From Amoebophrya sp. A120 (lineage: Eukaryota; Protista; Dinoflagellata), in contig CAJINV010000001.1 in assembly GCA_905178155.1 (NCBI GenBank), positions 11,949,832 through 12,013,831 on the forward strand: a stretch of 64,000 nt of DNA, given 5' to 3'. The notes under the pieces are model-generated. The model saw only the letters and a program-made list of their open reading frames with translations. It was not told where the DNA came from and searched no databases. Positions 38,574 through 48,602 of the stretch are shown piece after piece; position 1 is the stretch's first letter, and the number at the start of each line of letters is the position of its first letter. Both the position numbers and the translations under genes were made by a program.

Positions 38574-39072
38574 CAATAGGCCAGACCCGGCAGGCCCTTT
38601 TCGGTAGGTCGGTAGGTAGTTAAGTACGGATGCACCTCGGTGCATCATTTTCGAGTAAGTGACGGAAAGGACGAGAGTTCTTTGGAAAGGGCTAGCAGAT
38701 CCCTGGCAAGCTAATGCAAGGCGGCACGACTGGACCCGCATTCAAGGCGGGGGTCGTGCCATGGAAAATTTCTTTCGATCCCACCCACCCACCCGGTGCG
38801 CTGTTTCCTCGCGCCCACGTGGTATGCGTGGTGACAGAGGATACATATTTGGAGGGGCCTTGAGGCATCCTTGTAGGCTGTCTCTATGGTGAGGGACCGT
38901 GACGCCCTTGCCCTCTCTCCTCCGATCACGCCATAGGGCGCGTCGGGTTGATGGTTCAGATTGATAGGACGATAGGAACGAAGCGAAATAGGGCGATGCT
39001 GTGAACTAGATAGCATTGGCGTTAGCTACCTCGAGCGCGGTCGTAGTGTCTTTCCTCCCGTGGTTTTGCCCT

Positions 39073-39461
39073 CCTACCTACCTACCTTTATCGGGTTGGC
39101 CACAGTCATGCACGTCCCAGCGCGGGGCGAGGTACCCGACCTACCTACTACTATCGGCCGAGCTGCCACAGAGCATAGGTCTCGGGCCGCCCTACCTACC
39201 TACTAGTGACTAGCCTCCGTAGCTGGTGCGGATCACAGGGCGCCAATCTACCTACCTACGACTCGCCCTATCTCTTAGCAGGCGCCTTTCAACAATTCCC
39301 GACGTGCCCTACCTACCTACGTCCGCCCGGCGCCGCTAGCTCGCGCGGGTGGGTCAGAGATGATCTCCGGTCTGCCCTACCTACCTACTACCAGCGACTA
39401 GTAGTCGTTGTGTATGCGGGCCGCGCAGATAAGAGATCCCCGACCCGCCCGACCTACCTAC
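39073..39461 (+). repeat. Array of seven regularly interspaced 13-nt motifs, consensus CC(T/G)ACCTACCTAC, with unique 42-60 nt spacers
   Basis: Motif starts at 39073, 39136, 39191, 39247, 39308, 39376, 39449; inverted copies at 38603-38619 and 39718-39729. Confidence 0.88.
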
Positions 39462-39788
39462 TATGGAGCGCGTCCGGGGGTTTGCGCCCCAGCTTTTGCA
39501 CAGGCGCCCAAGCTAGCCACCGTGGCTGTGGGCTTTCTATCTGGCCGGCGGGGGCCCAAGCTTCTGCAAAATAGGTGATTGGCGGGGCTTCCGCGGCCGA
39601 GGGCCGGCCTTCGGCCCCCGCCCCTGGCGCGCGCAGCAGAAAGAAGCGGCGGACACGACTGGGCATGGCCTTCTGCGTCGGTTGCAAATGTGTGGGCGGC
39701 ACTTTTTCGGTTTCTCAGTAGGTAGGTAGACAGTTGCGCCCCAGATCTCGCAGCAGACCAAGGCCTGGCGGAGCGTCAATCATCGTTG

Positions 39789-39832
39789 CTCATTTCCAAG
39801 ATAGGCGAACTTCGCGATGTCTAGCAGTTTTC
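39789..39832 (+). repeat. 44-bp palindromic direct repeat, right copy
   Basis: CTCATTTCCAAGATAGGCGAACTTCGCGATGTCTAGCAGTTTTC. Confidence 0.9.
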
Positions 39833-41254
39833 ATACCGAAAAGCGACCGTTTCGAATGGTCTGCAACAAAAGTCCCAAGCTTGGTATAGTGCACGTCGAC
39901 GCGTGTTTGTTTCACAATTGGGAGCTGCTCCTTCGATTTGTACTTATTTCTGTTGATAGCAATTTGCCTTTTTTTTTTCAGTACTAGAAAGTCTAAGTTG
40001 CCTTTTATTTTTGCGATTTTGATGATGTCATGCGCGCGCGCCTGCACCCGCCACGTGCTCAGAAAGTGCCCCCAGCCATGATTTGATGCTTGCGCCCAAT
40101 ACAGAATTTGCAACACGCCCAGGCGCTTCTACTAGGGCATGCTAATTGATGATATCGTTACTTTTGTCTGCTCCGACGCCGAGAACCTCGTCGCGGTGCC
40201 GCGTCGAGTTCTCCGGACGCTTGAGTACTATATGAAAAATGCTGATAAATATGTTAGGAAAAAAAAAATGCGCTCGCGCCAGGCCCGCCCCTACAACGAT
40301 AATTATGCAGATTAATTTAGGAGAAGGAGAAAAAGAAACTACTACAATTCAGACAGCCGCCCGCCCGAATTGAGTTTTTCCTTGCAGCCAAAGCCATTGC
40401 CTCGCGCCATCCGCCTGAAGCTGCAGCCGAGCCCTGCCCATTGCGCGTAAGAAAATAAATTGCGCCGAATGTTGTGAGCTGTCTTCACGCGCCCGATGCA
40501 GCTATGTGCATCTTTTTTCACACTTTGAAATTTGAAAGCTTTTTTCGTGCAGCTACTAGATGAACGGTACGTACTTACTTACTTCTCGTTCTCCTCCTGA
40601 GGTACAGGAGAAATCGGTGCTTGATGGTACGTGCATGATTTTCGCTCGGTCTGAAAATATAATGTTTCGCCGGCGTCCACCGACCTCGTTCATGCTTCGC
40701 TCGTCCGAGTTTGGGTTGCGTCGGTTCTTTCGTTCAAGAATTCCTAAACCACTTCGTGTCTACGTATCTGTAGCGAACCAAAAAAACAAAAATAAAAAGT
40801 CTGCAGCGGCTCGTTCTACCGTTACAAAAAGATCCACTTGTTTCACCTCACTATTCGTGCTGAATGTTCTCCGCCTCATCGTCCCTCCTTCTTGTTCCAA
40901 AACAGTGCCTGTGGCCTACGGAAAGCGAAGAAATACCCGTTCCTATCTCACATGTAGCTTTTTAGACACAATAAAATTACGGTTGGTGAGTGATCCGCCA
41001 GTGGCGGTGTGTTGTCTTCAGATTGATGATCACGCATGGGAATAACCATGTGTACATGCAACAGCACGAACTGAAGACGCCTGCTACGGATGAATGATTT
41101 CCCCTGAGGACCGCCATGATCGGACATCCTGATCCTGATCCTGCTCTTCCTCTTTCGCTTTAGTTACTGTGTCCCATTAAGATGTGATACATAGTAGAGG
41201 GAACTTGTCTCCAGTCTTCTGTTCCCATTAAAAAAGCTGCGTGTGGCATCAAAA

Positions 41255-44200
41255 ATGTTCGATTTCGCGGCGAAGTTTTTTGGGAACACGCTGGACGCCA
41301 AGGAGGTGGTGGAACAGCAGAAAGTGGATGAGAAGAACGCACAGGAGGTGTCGAATCCGCAGGTGGAGAAGCACACGACGCTGTTTGTCGGTACCGGTGG
41401 GACGAAAACGAACGCGAACGGGGTCGTGGTGAATGCGATCCAGGGCAAGGTGGGCTTCATCGAGGTTCGCCTGTTCGAGATAATCGACAGTCCCATGCAG
41501 GAGCTGTTCGTGGACTTCGCGACGATGCAGCGCCCCGTCGACTTTAGCGGCAGCCCGACTTGGGTTGTTGGGAACATGGCGCGCACGAGGCTAATTAGGG
41601 GAAAAAATTTGGGACGGATACAGATGAAGCCGGATAAGCTTTTACTTTGCATCCCGGTGGAAGGCTATGCGCTCCTCCGCGTCCGTTTGTGGAGCGCGAA
41701 CTACTTGTACATAGGCCAAACGACGATATTATTCTACCGCGGGTTCCAGGTCTCTACGGGCGAGCCGATAAGCGGGGTGAAGGGGTACCTGTGCACCGAG
41801 TCCGCGTGTGACGGGATTCCGTCGGAATTCAGCTTACCGGAAAACCCGCGTATCGTGGTGGAAGACTACTTAACCGACCGCGCCAATGCGGCAAACCCGC
41901 GGGCCCGCGCGGAGGGAGGCCGTCCGCCGAGACCAGAGTCGCTCATTGATTTTATCGAGGGAACTGATGATGATGCGAGGGTGACTAGGCAGACGAATCG
42001 CACGTCACGACCTCGGCAAGAACAAACCTCAGGACGAGTAACAGAGGAGTACAATCTGCCCATGCGGGGACAGGACAGCATTTCGATCATGTTGAGCCAA
42101 GAAGACGAGAGGCACATAGCAGAAGCAGTGCAAGAAGATGTTGACAGTGAGGAAAATAACGACCCCAGCCTTCGTGCATCCTCATGCCGAATCGTGGAAA
42201 ATAAACCGAAACTGACCGCGTTGCCCAGCCAAAAAACCCTGCCGGATCACGTGCTAGGGCACACGAAGTCCGGCATATTGGAAGGCGGAATAGAATCCAC
42301 CGAAGATCTCGCGCCGGCCGCAAAACCTATCTCCGAGGGCGTGAAGCCGGGCGCGATACCGAGTTTAGAGATCTCGTCCGGGGCAATGCTGGAGGGAGAT
42401 GACGATTCCGACGGGTTGGAGGACGCGGACGAGGCGGACTTCGACCTGTTTCTGGATCAAGAAGAGCACGACGATCTGTACAATCTGACGTCGGAGAATT
42501 TCGGGGACATCCTCGATCCCTCGTCTGGCAGCGACGCGCGGTTCAATGACTTGGCCGAGATGTTCAAACTTCCCTCTTCGAGCACCGACATGGACGAGGC
42601 GCGGGCGAATTACAGCCGCTTGTGGGAGGAAATTTCCTACTGGCGTGACCAACAACTGCAGAAGCGACGCGCGCCGACGATGTACCGCATCGCCTGTCTG
42701 GGCGGCGGTGTTTGCGGGCTGAGCCTGCAAATCCGGCCGATCCTCGCGCAGGCGAACGCGGCGAGTGACCGCTTGGACGCGCAGGACTTTTTCGTGTTGC
42801 TGCCCGAAACCATGAAGAAGGGCCGAATGATTGTACGGGACGACGCCTTCGAGAGGCTGATGCAAGAAGTCCTCGCGGACCGTTTTGCGCGGCAACCGAT
42901 TGAGACCGGTTTTAACGTTGCTGTGAAAACCGAGGCGGTGGGTGGCGAGAATGAGAAACCAAAACCGGCGGCGGCAGAAGGTGAGGCACTGCCTCAGGAG
43001 ATGAGAAGTAGTAGAGTCAGTGCTGATGCTGCGGGTGTTGATGTTGTGGCCGCCTCTGGTGCTCGTGCATTGTCATCATCATCATCCACCGCAGTTGTGC
43101 ATCCGCTGATGAAAGAACCCAAATCTTCTGCGCCCGGAGCGCCACCACAGCGGAAATCTCAGCAACCAGGAGCTGTTGCGAAGGGGACGATTATCAGCGG
43201 ACCCTCGCCTGCGCAGGCTGGTTTGACCGGCTTGACTGTGTTAAGTCGCGAGATCGACGGCAGCCTCAGCAGCGCTTCGAACGCTGAAAGTGCCACGTCT
43301 AGCTTGGAGTTTCGCCCACCAAATCGACTCAACGGAAGCAACATTAAGGGACAGAACAACTACAGAAATAACGACGGAATGATCCTCGCACCGGTCGACC
43401 GTGAAGCTTTCGGTAGTGGTACTGGCACACAACGCCGCAGCACGCCTCTCTCGTCGGGGGAATTCATCACAGCGGAGTCTGGTGGCTCCGCTATTTCCTT
43501 TCTAGATGCTCAGCCACGCGCGCGTCGCCCTACTAGGGCAGCTGAGGGGGAGGGGACGAAGAAAAGAGAGCTCGCACAAATGAAGGCAAACGACGCGACG
43601 AAACTGGGTCGCGAATACGACGAGGGTTTAGACACTTTGAGGAACCGCGGTTGCCCGCAATCACTGCTCTCTTTGGATGCGGTGGAGTTCGCGATCCGGC
43701 GAACGGCGACCACGAATTTAACTGGGGTGCAACTACTCACCTTTGCAACCAACGCCTACCACTTCTTGCCGCACTTGACGCCCTACGCGAAGTTTCGCGT
43801 GTTCGAGATCGCACTGGATCTGCAATTTTTTCCCGTTGCCAAGTTGATATTGCTGAAGACGAGGACGTTCCCGGAGCTTATGCGGCTCAAGTACCTGATC
43901 GACACGGGGGGAAAGCGGAACCTGATCAGCAGCATCGACCTGCTGGACGACCCGACGAAGATCCTCGTGCGACATTTCCGCGTCACGGCGCGAAAGTACT
44001 GCACCGGGCTCTTCGGCGACAAGGGCTTGAAAGTCAAGAAGGGCGGAACGCACGTCCGCATTCTCCCGCAGTTCAATACTGTGTTAGATTCCGCGATTCG
44101 GAAATGGTCAAGGACCGCGCCAACGCACCCGAACGGCTCGATCAAAAGCGAAGATCGGACCCGGGTGCTGGCGCAGCACTTGGAGAAGCGCAGGATTCAG

Positions 44201-46729
44201 GATTCCTTGCTAGACACCGACTCGGAAGAGGAGGACGTGGTCGCCAATGCGATGATTCCCGCCTGTCGGGACTGCGAAGTGGTGATGCAGCAAAAGGCGG
44301 AGGAGCTGGATGTGAAGACCGTCCGGACGAGGCATTTGAAGCAAACCTTCAAGACCGGCTGGAAGGGCCTCAAGGGCTTTTTCAAAACGAAAAAAGATGA
44401 CGGGACCAGAACCGAGGGACTGCAGGAGGGGTCGGCTCTTGCGATGCCCTCGGGAGATGAAGTAGTCGAAAGTAACTATGACGTCGTGGACGCCAAGGCG
44501 TCCCCGCAGCGAGTTTCGTTATCTTTGACGAAGGAAGAGAAGAAGTTGCTCAGGAAAGCGACGAGAGAGGCGCTGAAGAAGAGGGTTCGAGACGAAAACA
44601 ACATTTATCCGGCGGCGGAGGGCGAAGCAGCCCCTGCCCCGGCGAGCATCAAGCCGGGAGACGCGAGCGAGAGCTCCCGAGACGTCGACAAGCGGACGGA
44701 GGATGCGCTCGCATTTTTGTTGGATGACGAGGCGATGGGGATGGGTCTAACTTCCCAGCTGGATGAGCTGAACATCGACGAAAAGGCAAAAGAACAGATC
44801 AAACAAAAACTGCGGCAGGACATCCAGAAGCACAGCCGGCCCAGCACGAGGCCGGCACTGACACAGTACGAAAAACCGCAGCCGAAACTGCTGAACAACG
44901 TTATTCTGAAATCGGGCGAGGTGATCCTGCTCCGGAACCGGAGTTTGATCTGCGATTTGGTGAAGACCTACTGCTTTCGCCAGGTCATTTCGGACATCGA
45001 CCAGACGTTTCTCATCACTCCGCACGGCATCAACGGGCCGGAGATGCCCCTCGGCACGGTGCCGGGCTGTCGCACGCTGTACAACATGCTCGCACCCATG
45101 ACCGTGTTTCTCAGCATCCGACCCGACTTGGACATGATGGCGCAGCACACGCGGCTAAACCTGCAGGAAAACGCGAAGCTATACGGTGGGGACTACGGTT
45201 TGTTACTCGCGGGCAATGCCACGTCTGTCACAAACTACCTCGCCGGAAACAACATGCAGAACGGCGTGCGGAAATTTGAGGTTTTCCGCAAGCACCTGCG
45301 TGCGTACCCGGAAAGCGATTTTTTCCTCTTTGGCGACTCGGGCGAGGGCGATCTGAGGTTGATGCAGGAGTGCGGTTTACTGGAAAGAAGGTCCCTTGCC
45401 TCCCGCCGGTTTCGAAACCAACGAAAGCGTGGCGCGGAGGCGGTGCGGATGAAGGTCGACCACCACCTGTCGAGGAAAAATTGTTACCAGAGGTTGGATA
45501 TTTCGAAAGCGTTGTCTCGGACGAATTACGTGCGTCCGGAGAGCCCGAAGACGGTGGGAACGAGTGGTACTAGCTCCAGACCCAGTACTAGGCAAGTTTC
45601 GGGGCCCACCGGTGCAATGACCTACCAGGTGGGCGAGGCGCCGCCGGAAAACTATCTGCCCGCCGGAGTGCAAAGGAAACAAAGAGCAGACCGGGAGAAG
45701 GACATGAGGGAAAAACAGGAGGCAGCTGCGAAGCAGGACCGAGAACGGAGAACAAAGAAAACACAGGTAATAGAGCAAAATGAAGATCCGGGGTTTTTCG
45801 AAAGCATTTTCGGAGCTACCAGCTACAGGAACGAAAAAGAACAGCCGAGACATCCCGAAAACAGGATGAAGAAGCGTGTGCGAGGGGAGGGACAGGCGGA
45901 TGCCAGTCCAGCCGCATCGGACAACGAGTTCTCGCAATCTAGTTCAGACCCTGCGGAAGTAGATGATCAAATAGATTCCGAAACTGTTCCCGAGAACTAC
46001 AGCAGCGAGCTCTCCTCCGCGCTGAACAGCGACGAGTCTGCCGCTCGAAACAGGAGACAAAACCTGAAACTACCGGAAGGGGAAGCCTACGGTGACTCCG
46101 GCCGCATGTCTGCGCGGCCGACACCTGGCTCGAGGCGCGCGCAGGGCGGCACCGTTCGTGTGGGCGACAGCACGCGGCTGCCGGAAAGACGCGAGTTCTG
46201 GGACGAGGAGCCAGAAGAGATCGACCGAAGCGAGCAAACTCAGCTGGCCCAACCAGATTCGTTCCAGGAAGTGATCGATCGCCGGCCGGCCCGACGGAGG
46301 CTGCATTTCTTTATCCGCGACGTGACGGAGCCGAGCGGCGTGCGACGAATCACCCCGATGAAGGAACGGGCTCGGCTGTTTGAGGAAAGCCACGTCCTTG
46401 TCGTGAACAATTCCATCGAGGCGGCGTTGTACTGCTACGAACACTTGCGGATTCTGTCCAAGCCGCAGCTGCGGAAAATCGCGGTGGACACTCTGAATGA
46501 ACTGGTCGACCGCGACTGGGTCAAGTTTCTCGACGGCGCCGACGGTCCGCAAAACACGGCGGTGCGACAAGCACGCGTGGCGGAGTTCCAAACGGTTTTG
46601 CGCAAAGTGAACAATGTGCTCACCGACGGGGAGCTGATACGGGCGATGACAACCGACGGGCAATGGCGAGGCGAGAAGGCCGTGCCCATGCAGGAACTAG
46701 ACAGACTGTTGGCAAAGCCGAGGAAGTGA
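41255..46729 (+). CDS. Large single-exon protein with an APP1-like (DUF2183/HAD-fold) phosphatidate phosphatase domain
   Basis: ~1824-codon ORF; ISDIDQT, PGCRTLY, VFLSIRP, KFEVFRKHLRAYPESDFFLFGDSGEGD, FFIRDV. Confidence 0.82.
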   Translation: MFDFAAKFFGNTLDAKEVVEQQKVDEKNAQEVSNPQVEKHTTLFVGTGGTKTNANGVVVNAIQGKVGFIEVRLFEIIDSPMQELFVDFATMQRPVDFSGSPTWVVGNMARTRLIRGKNLGRIQMKPDKLLLCIPVEGYALLRVRLWSANYLYIGQTTILFYRGFQVSTGEPISGVKGYLCTESACDGIPSEFSLPENPRIVVEDYLTDRANAANPRARAEGGRPPRPESLIDFIEGTDDDARVTRQTNRTSRPRQEQTSGRVTEEYNLPMRGQDSISIMLSQEDERHIAEAVQEDVDSEENNDPSLRASSCRIVENKPKLTALPSQKTLPDHVLGHTKSGILEGGIESTEDLAPAAKPISEGVKPGAIPSLEISSGAMLEGDDDSDGLEDADEADFDLFLDQEEHDDLYNLTSENFGDILDPSSGSDARFNDLAEMFKLPSSSTDMDEARANYSRLWEEISYWRDQQLQKRRAPTMYRIACLGGGVCGLSLQIRPILAQANAASDRLDAQDFFVLLPETMKKGRMIVRDDAFERLMQEVLADRFARQPIETGFNVAVKTEAVGGENEKPKPAAAEGEALPQEMRSSRVSADAAGVDVVAASGARALSSSSSTAVVHPLMKEPKSSAPGAPPQRKSQQPGAVAKGTIISGPSPAQAGLTGLTVLSREIDGSLSSASNAESATSSLEFRPPNRLNGSNIKGQNNYRNNDGMILAPVDREAFGSGTGTQRRSTPLSSGEFITAESGGSAISFLDAQPRARRPTRAAEGEGTKKRELAQMKANDATKLGREYDEGLDTLRNRGCPQSLLSLDAVEFAIRRTATTNLTGVQLLTFATNAYHFLPHLTPYAKFRVFEIALDLQFFPVAKLILLKTRTFPELMRLKYLIDTGGKRNLISSIDLLDDPTKILVRHFRVTARKYCTGLFGDKGLKVKKGGTHVRILPQFNTVLDSAIRKWSRTAPTHPNGSIKSEDRTRVLAQHLEKRRIQDSLLDTDSEEEDVVANAMIPACRDCEVVMQQKAEELDVKTVRTRHLKQTFKTGWKGLKGFFKTKKDDGTRTEGLQEGSALAMPSGDEVVESNYDVVDAKASPQRVSLSLTKEEKKLLRKATREALKKRVRDENNIYPAAEGEAAPAPASIKPGDASESSRDVDKRTEDALAFLLDDEAMGMGLTSQLDELNIDEKAKEQIKQKLRQDIQKHSRPSTRPALTQYEKPQPKLLNNVILKSGEVILLRNRSLICDLVKTYCFRQVISDIDQTFLITPHGINGPEMPLGTVPGCRTLYNMLAPMTVFLSIRPDLDMMAQHTRLNLQENAKLYGGDYGLLLAGNATSVTNYLAGNNMQNGVRKFEVFRKHLRAYPESDFFLFGDSGEGDLRLMQECGLLERRSLASRRFRNQRKRGAEAVRMKVDHHLSRKNCYQRLDISKALSRTNYVRPESPKTVGTSGTSSRPSTRQVSGPTGAMTYQVGEAPPENYLPAGVQRKQRADREKDMREKQEAAAKQDRERRTKKTQVIEQNEDPGFFESIFGATSYRNEKEQPRHPENRMKKRVRGEGQADASPAASDNEFSQSSSDPAEVDDQIDSETVPENYSSELSSALNSDESAARNRRQNLKLPEGEAYGDSGRMSARPTPGSRRAQGGTVRVGDSTRLPERREFWDEEPEEIDRSEQTQLAQPDSFQEVIDRRPARRRLHFFIRDVTEPSGVRRITPMKERARLFEESHVLVVNNSIEAALYCYEHLRILSKPQLRKIAVDTLNELVDRDWVKFLDGADGPQNTAVRQARVAEFQTVLRKVNNVLTDGELIRAMTTDGQWRGEKAVPMQELDRLLAKPRK

Positions 46730-47077
46730 TAAAAGTGATTCCCTTGTACTATGCGCGCTTACGGCATTTCAATGGTCGCTTCATCTTCGACGCTGGCCGT
46801 CGTTTTCAATCAACTACGACTTGTTCGAATCAAAATTGACAAACTTTTGTCTCAGTGTCGTCGCTGGTGTTCATCCTTTGCGTTAGTAGTTTGTTGAAGA
46901 GAGCTTTATTCTTCTAGGCATATCATGATCATCACGAGAGGTGTTGAGGGCCGTGCCGAGTTCGTCCTAAGGTCTCCGATGGTGAAAATTGGTTTGCGTC
47001 GTGAAATGGTTTCTGAAATTCATTGCTTGAAATCTGCTGAAACTACTAAAATCTATTGAATATAGCGAAAGACCAAG

Positions 47078-47691
47078 ATGCTACACTCGGCTCTGCGCGC
47101 GGGGGCGCGCACGGTCCCCCGGCGCATGGCTCAGTTCGCCCGGACGAGGGTAAACGGGTTCCAGATGCAGCAGACCAGGACATTTTGCAAAAGAAGTGTA
47201 CCAAAACGAGGACACACGCTTGAGGTAAGCTGGTTTTCTAGTCAAGGCCACTAATTATCTTCCACGAAGTTGAAGTAAAACAAACATGACACAACCCGAA
47301 GCTTGCTTATTGTGACTGCTCCGGCGCAGCACGATCTGTATAACAGACAAATTCCTCAAACAGACCTACTTTTGTTATCCGGAGAGTGCTGTGAAGATGA
47401 TGAACCCGCTCGGATACTACTTCTTCGTCTTCATGTGCGCACAGCATCTGCTGATCATGGCCACATCCCTGCCGTGCTACAACTACTACATGAGCGGACG
47501 TATAATTTTGATTCCTGTTTCTTTCTGCAAAGTTTTTGCTAGCATATGACAATTTTGTTACACTCTCAACTTGCGCTTCCGAGCACAGTATCGACTATCC
47601 AACGCCATCCTGATTCCATGCGTGCATACATGCAACAGGTTTGTTCCCGAAGGAGCAGGGACATACTCTGCTATGCGACAACAGTTGGTAA
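47078..47691 (+). CDS. Small (~111 aa) probable mitochondrial single-pass membrane protein, 3 exons (47078-47224, 47364-47499, 47639-47691), absent from the ORF track
   Basis: N-terminus MLHSALRAGARTVPRRMAQFARTRVNGFQMQQTRTF is Arg-rich and acid-free; two phase-compatible GT-AG introns; hydrophobic stretch LGYYFFVFMCAQHLLIMATSLP; C/G-ending codon bias like neighbouring genes. Confidence 0.7.
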
Positions 47692-47956
47692 GGGATGCGA
47701 TGATGTGAACACATCTTCTACTGCTAACAAACCACACGGGAGCGCGCCGAAGTATGTCCACATGATACTCCAGATTGCATTTGCAACCAAAACTCCAAGC
47801 ATATCGACGCACTTTCCCGCTACCGGCACCATTGGAAGCACCTGTAGTGTGCACCGTCTGCCGTTGTTGTTGAGAGTTCTGATTCATAGATCGCGTTTCA
47901 TCTGAATGTGACTAGATGCAATACGATTCATTGAGCAAGGCACATATGCAATGATG

Positions 47957-48010
47957 ACTTCTAACCTCGGTTCCACTTCTAATCTCGGCTCCACCTCTGA
48001 TCTCGGTTCC
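47957..48010. repeat. 3 x 18-bp tandem repeat
   Basis: ACTTCTAACCTCGGTTCC / ACTTCTAATCTCGGCTCC / ACCTCTGATCTCGGTTCC. Confidence 0.85.
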
Positions 48011-48602
48011 TTGTCTCTATCCATTGGCTCGGTCGTCTGATTATTTTTCGATAGCGCGACGCGCTTTTCTATTCGGTTTTCTCTTGGAAAAACATACTCA
48101 TTCAAGTTCGGTCTTGCTTCCAGAAGTGCTCTTCTGTCGGTTTTGGAGGTTTTGCACTGCAATCTCGGTGCTTTTGCGTCTCATGCTTCTCGTCTTTGGC
48201 CGCAACTGGCTTACCTAGGAGGTAAGTATGATTATGCAAGAGTCTTCGATATGAGACTCTGAAGATCCGAAAATTTCATGTCAATGCCGTCTAATTATTC
48301 ACTTTTTTTCAACATAATCTATAATCAATTTTTCTTGCAAAAACTTCAGGACCACGGGTAGATATTCTACATAGTGTCCTAAATATCGATATTGAGGAGT
48401 GTCTTGAAAGTTAATTTTGGTATCGCAACTGTTCTTAATTCGCATTTCGCACTTATGAATTTGAGTTTCCTTTAATTCGGATTTGTCTTGAATGTCTGCT
48501 GCTCCATTTTGCAACGTGTATGATAATGATTTCCCAATCACCCTACGTTGATATTTTCTGATGCTCATGTTTTGAGAAATTTTATGAGAATACATAGGCA
48601 AA

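Noticed and set aside
39073-39461. Bona fide CRISPR array
   Set aside because: The repeat is only ~13 nt and non-palindromic, spacer lengths vary widely, there are no cas genes and the context is eukaryotic. Reported as an unexplained array instead.
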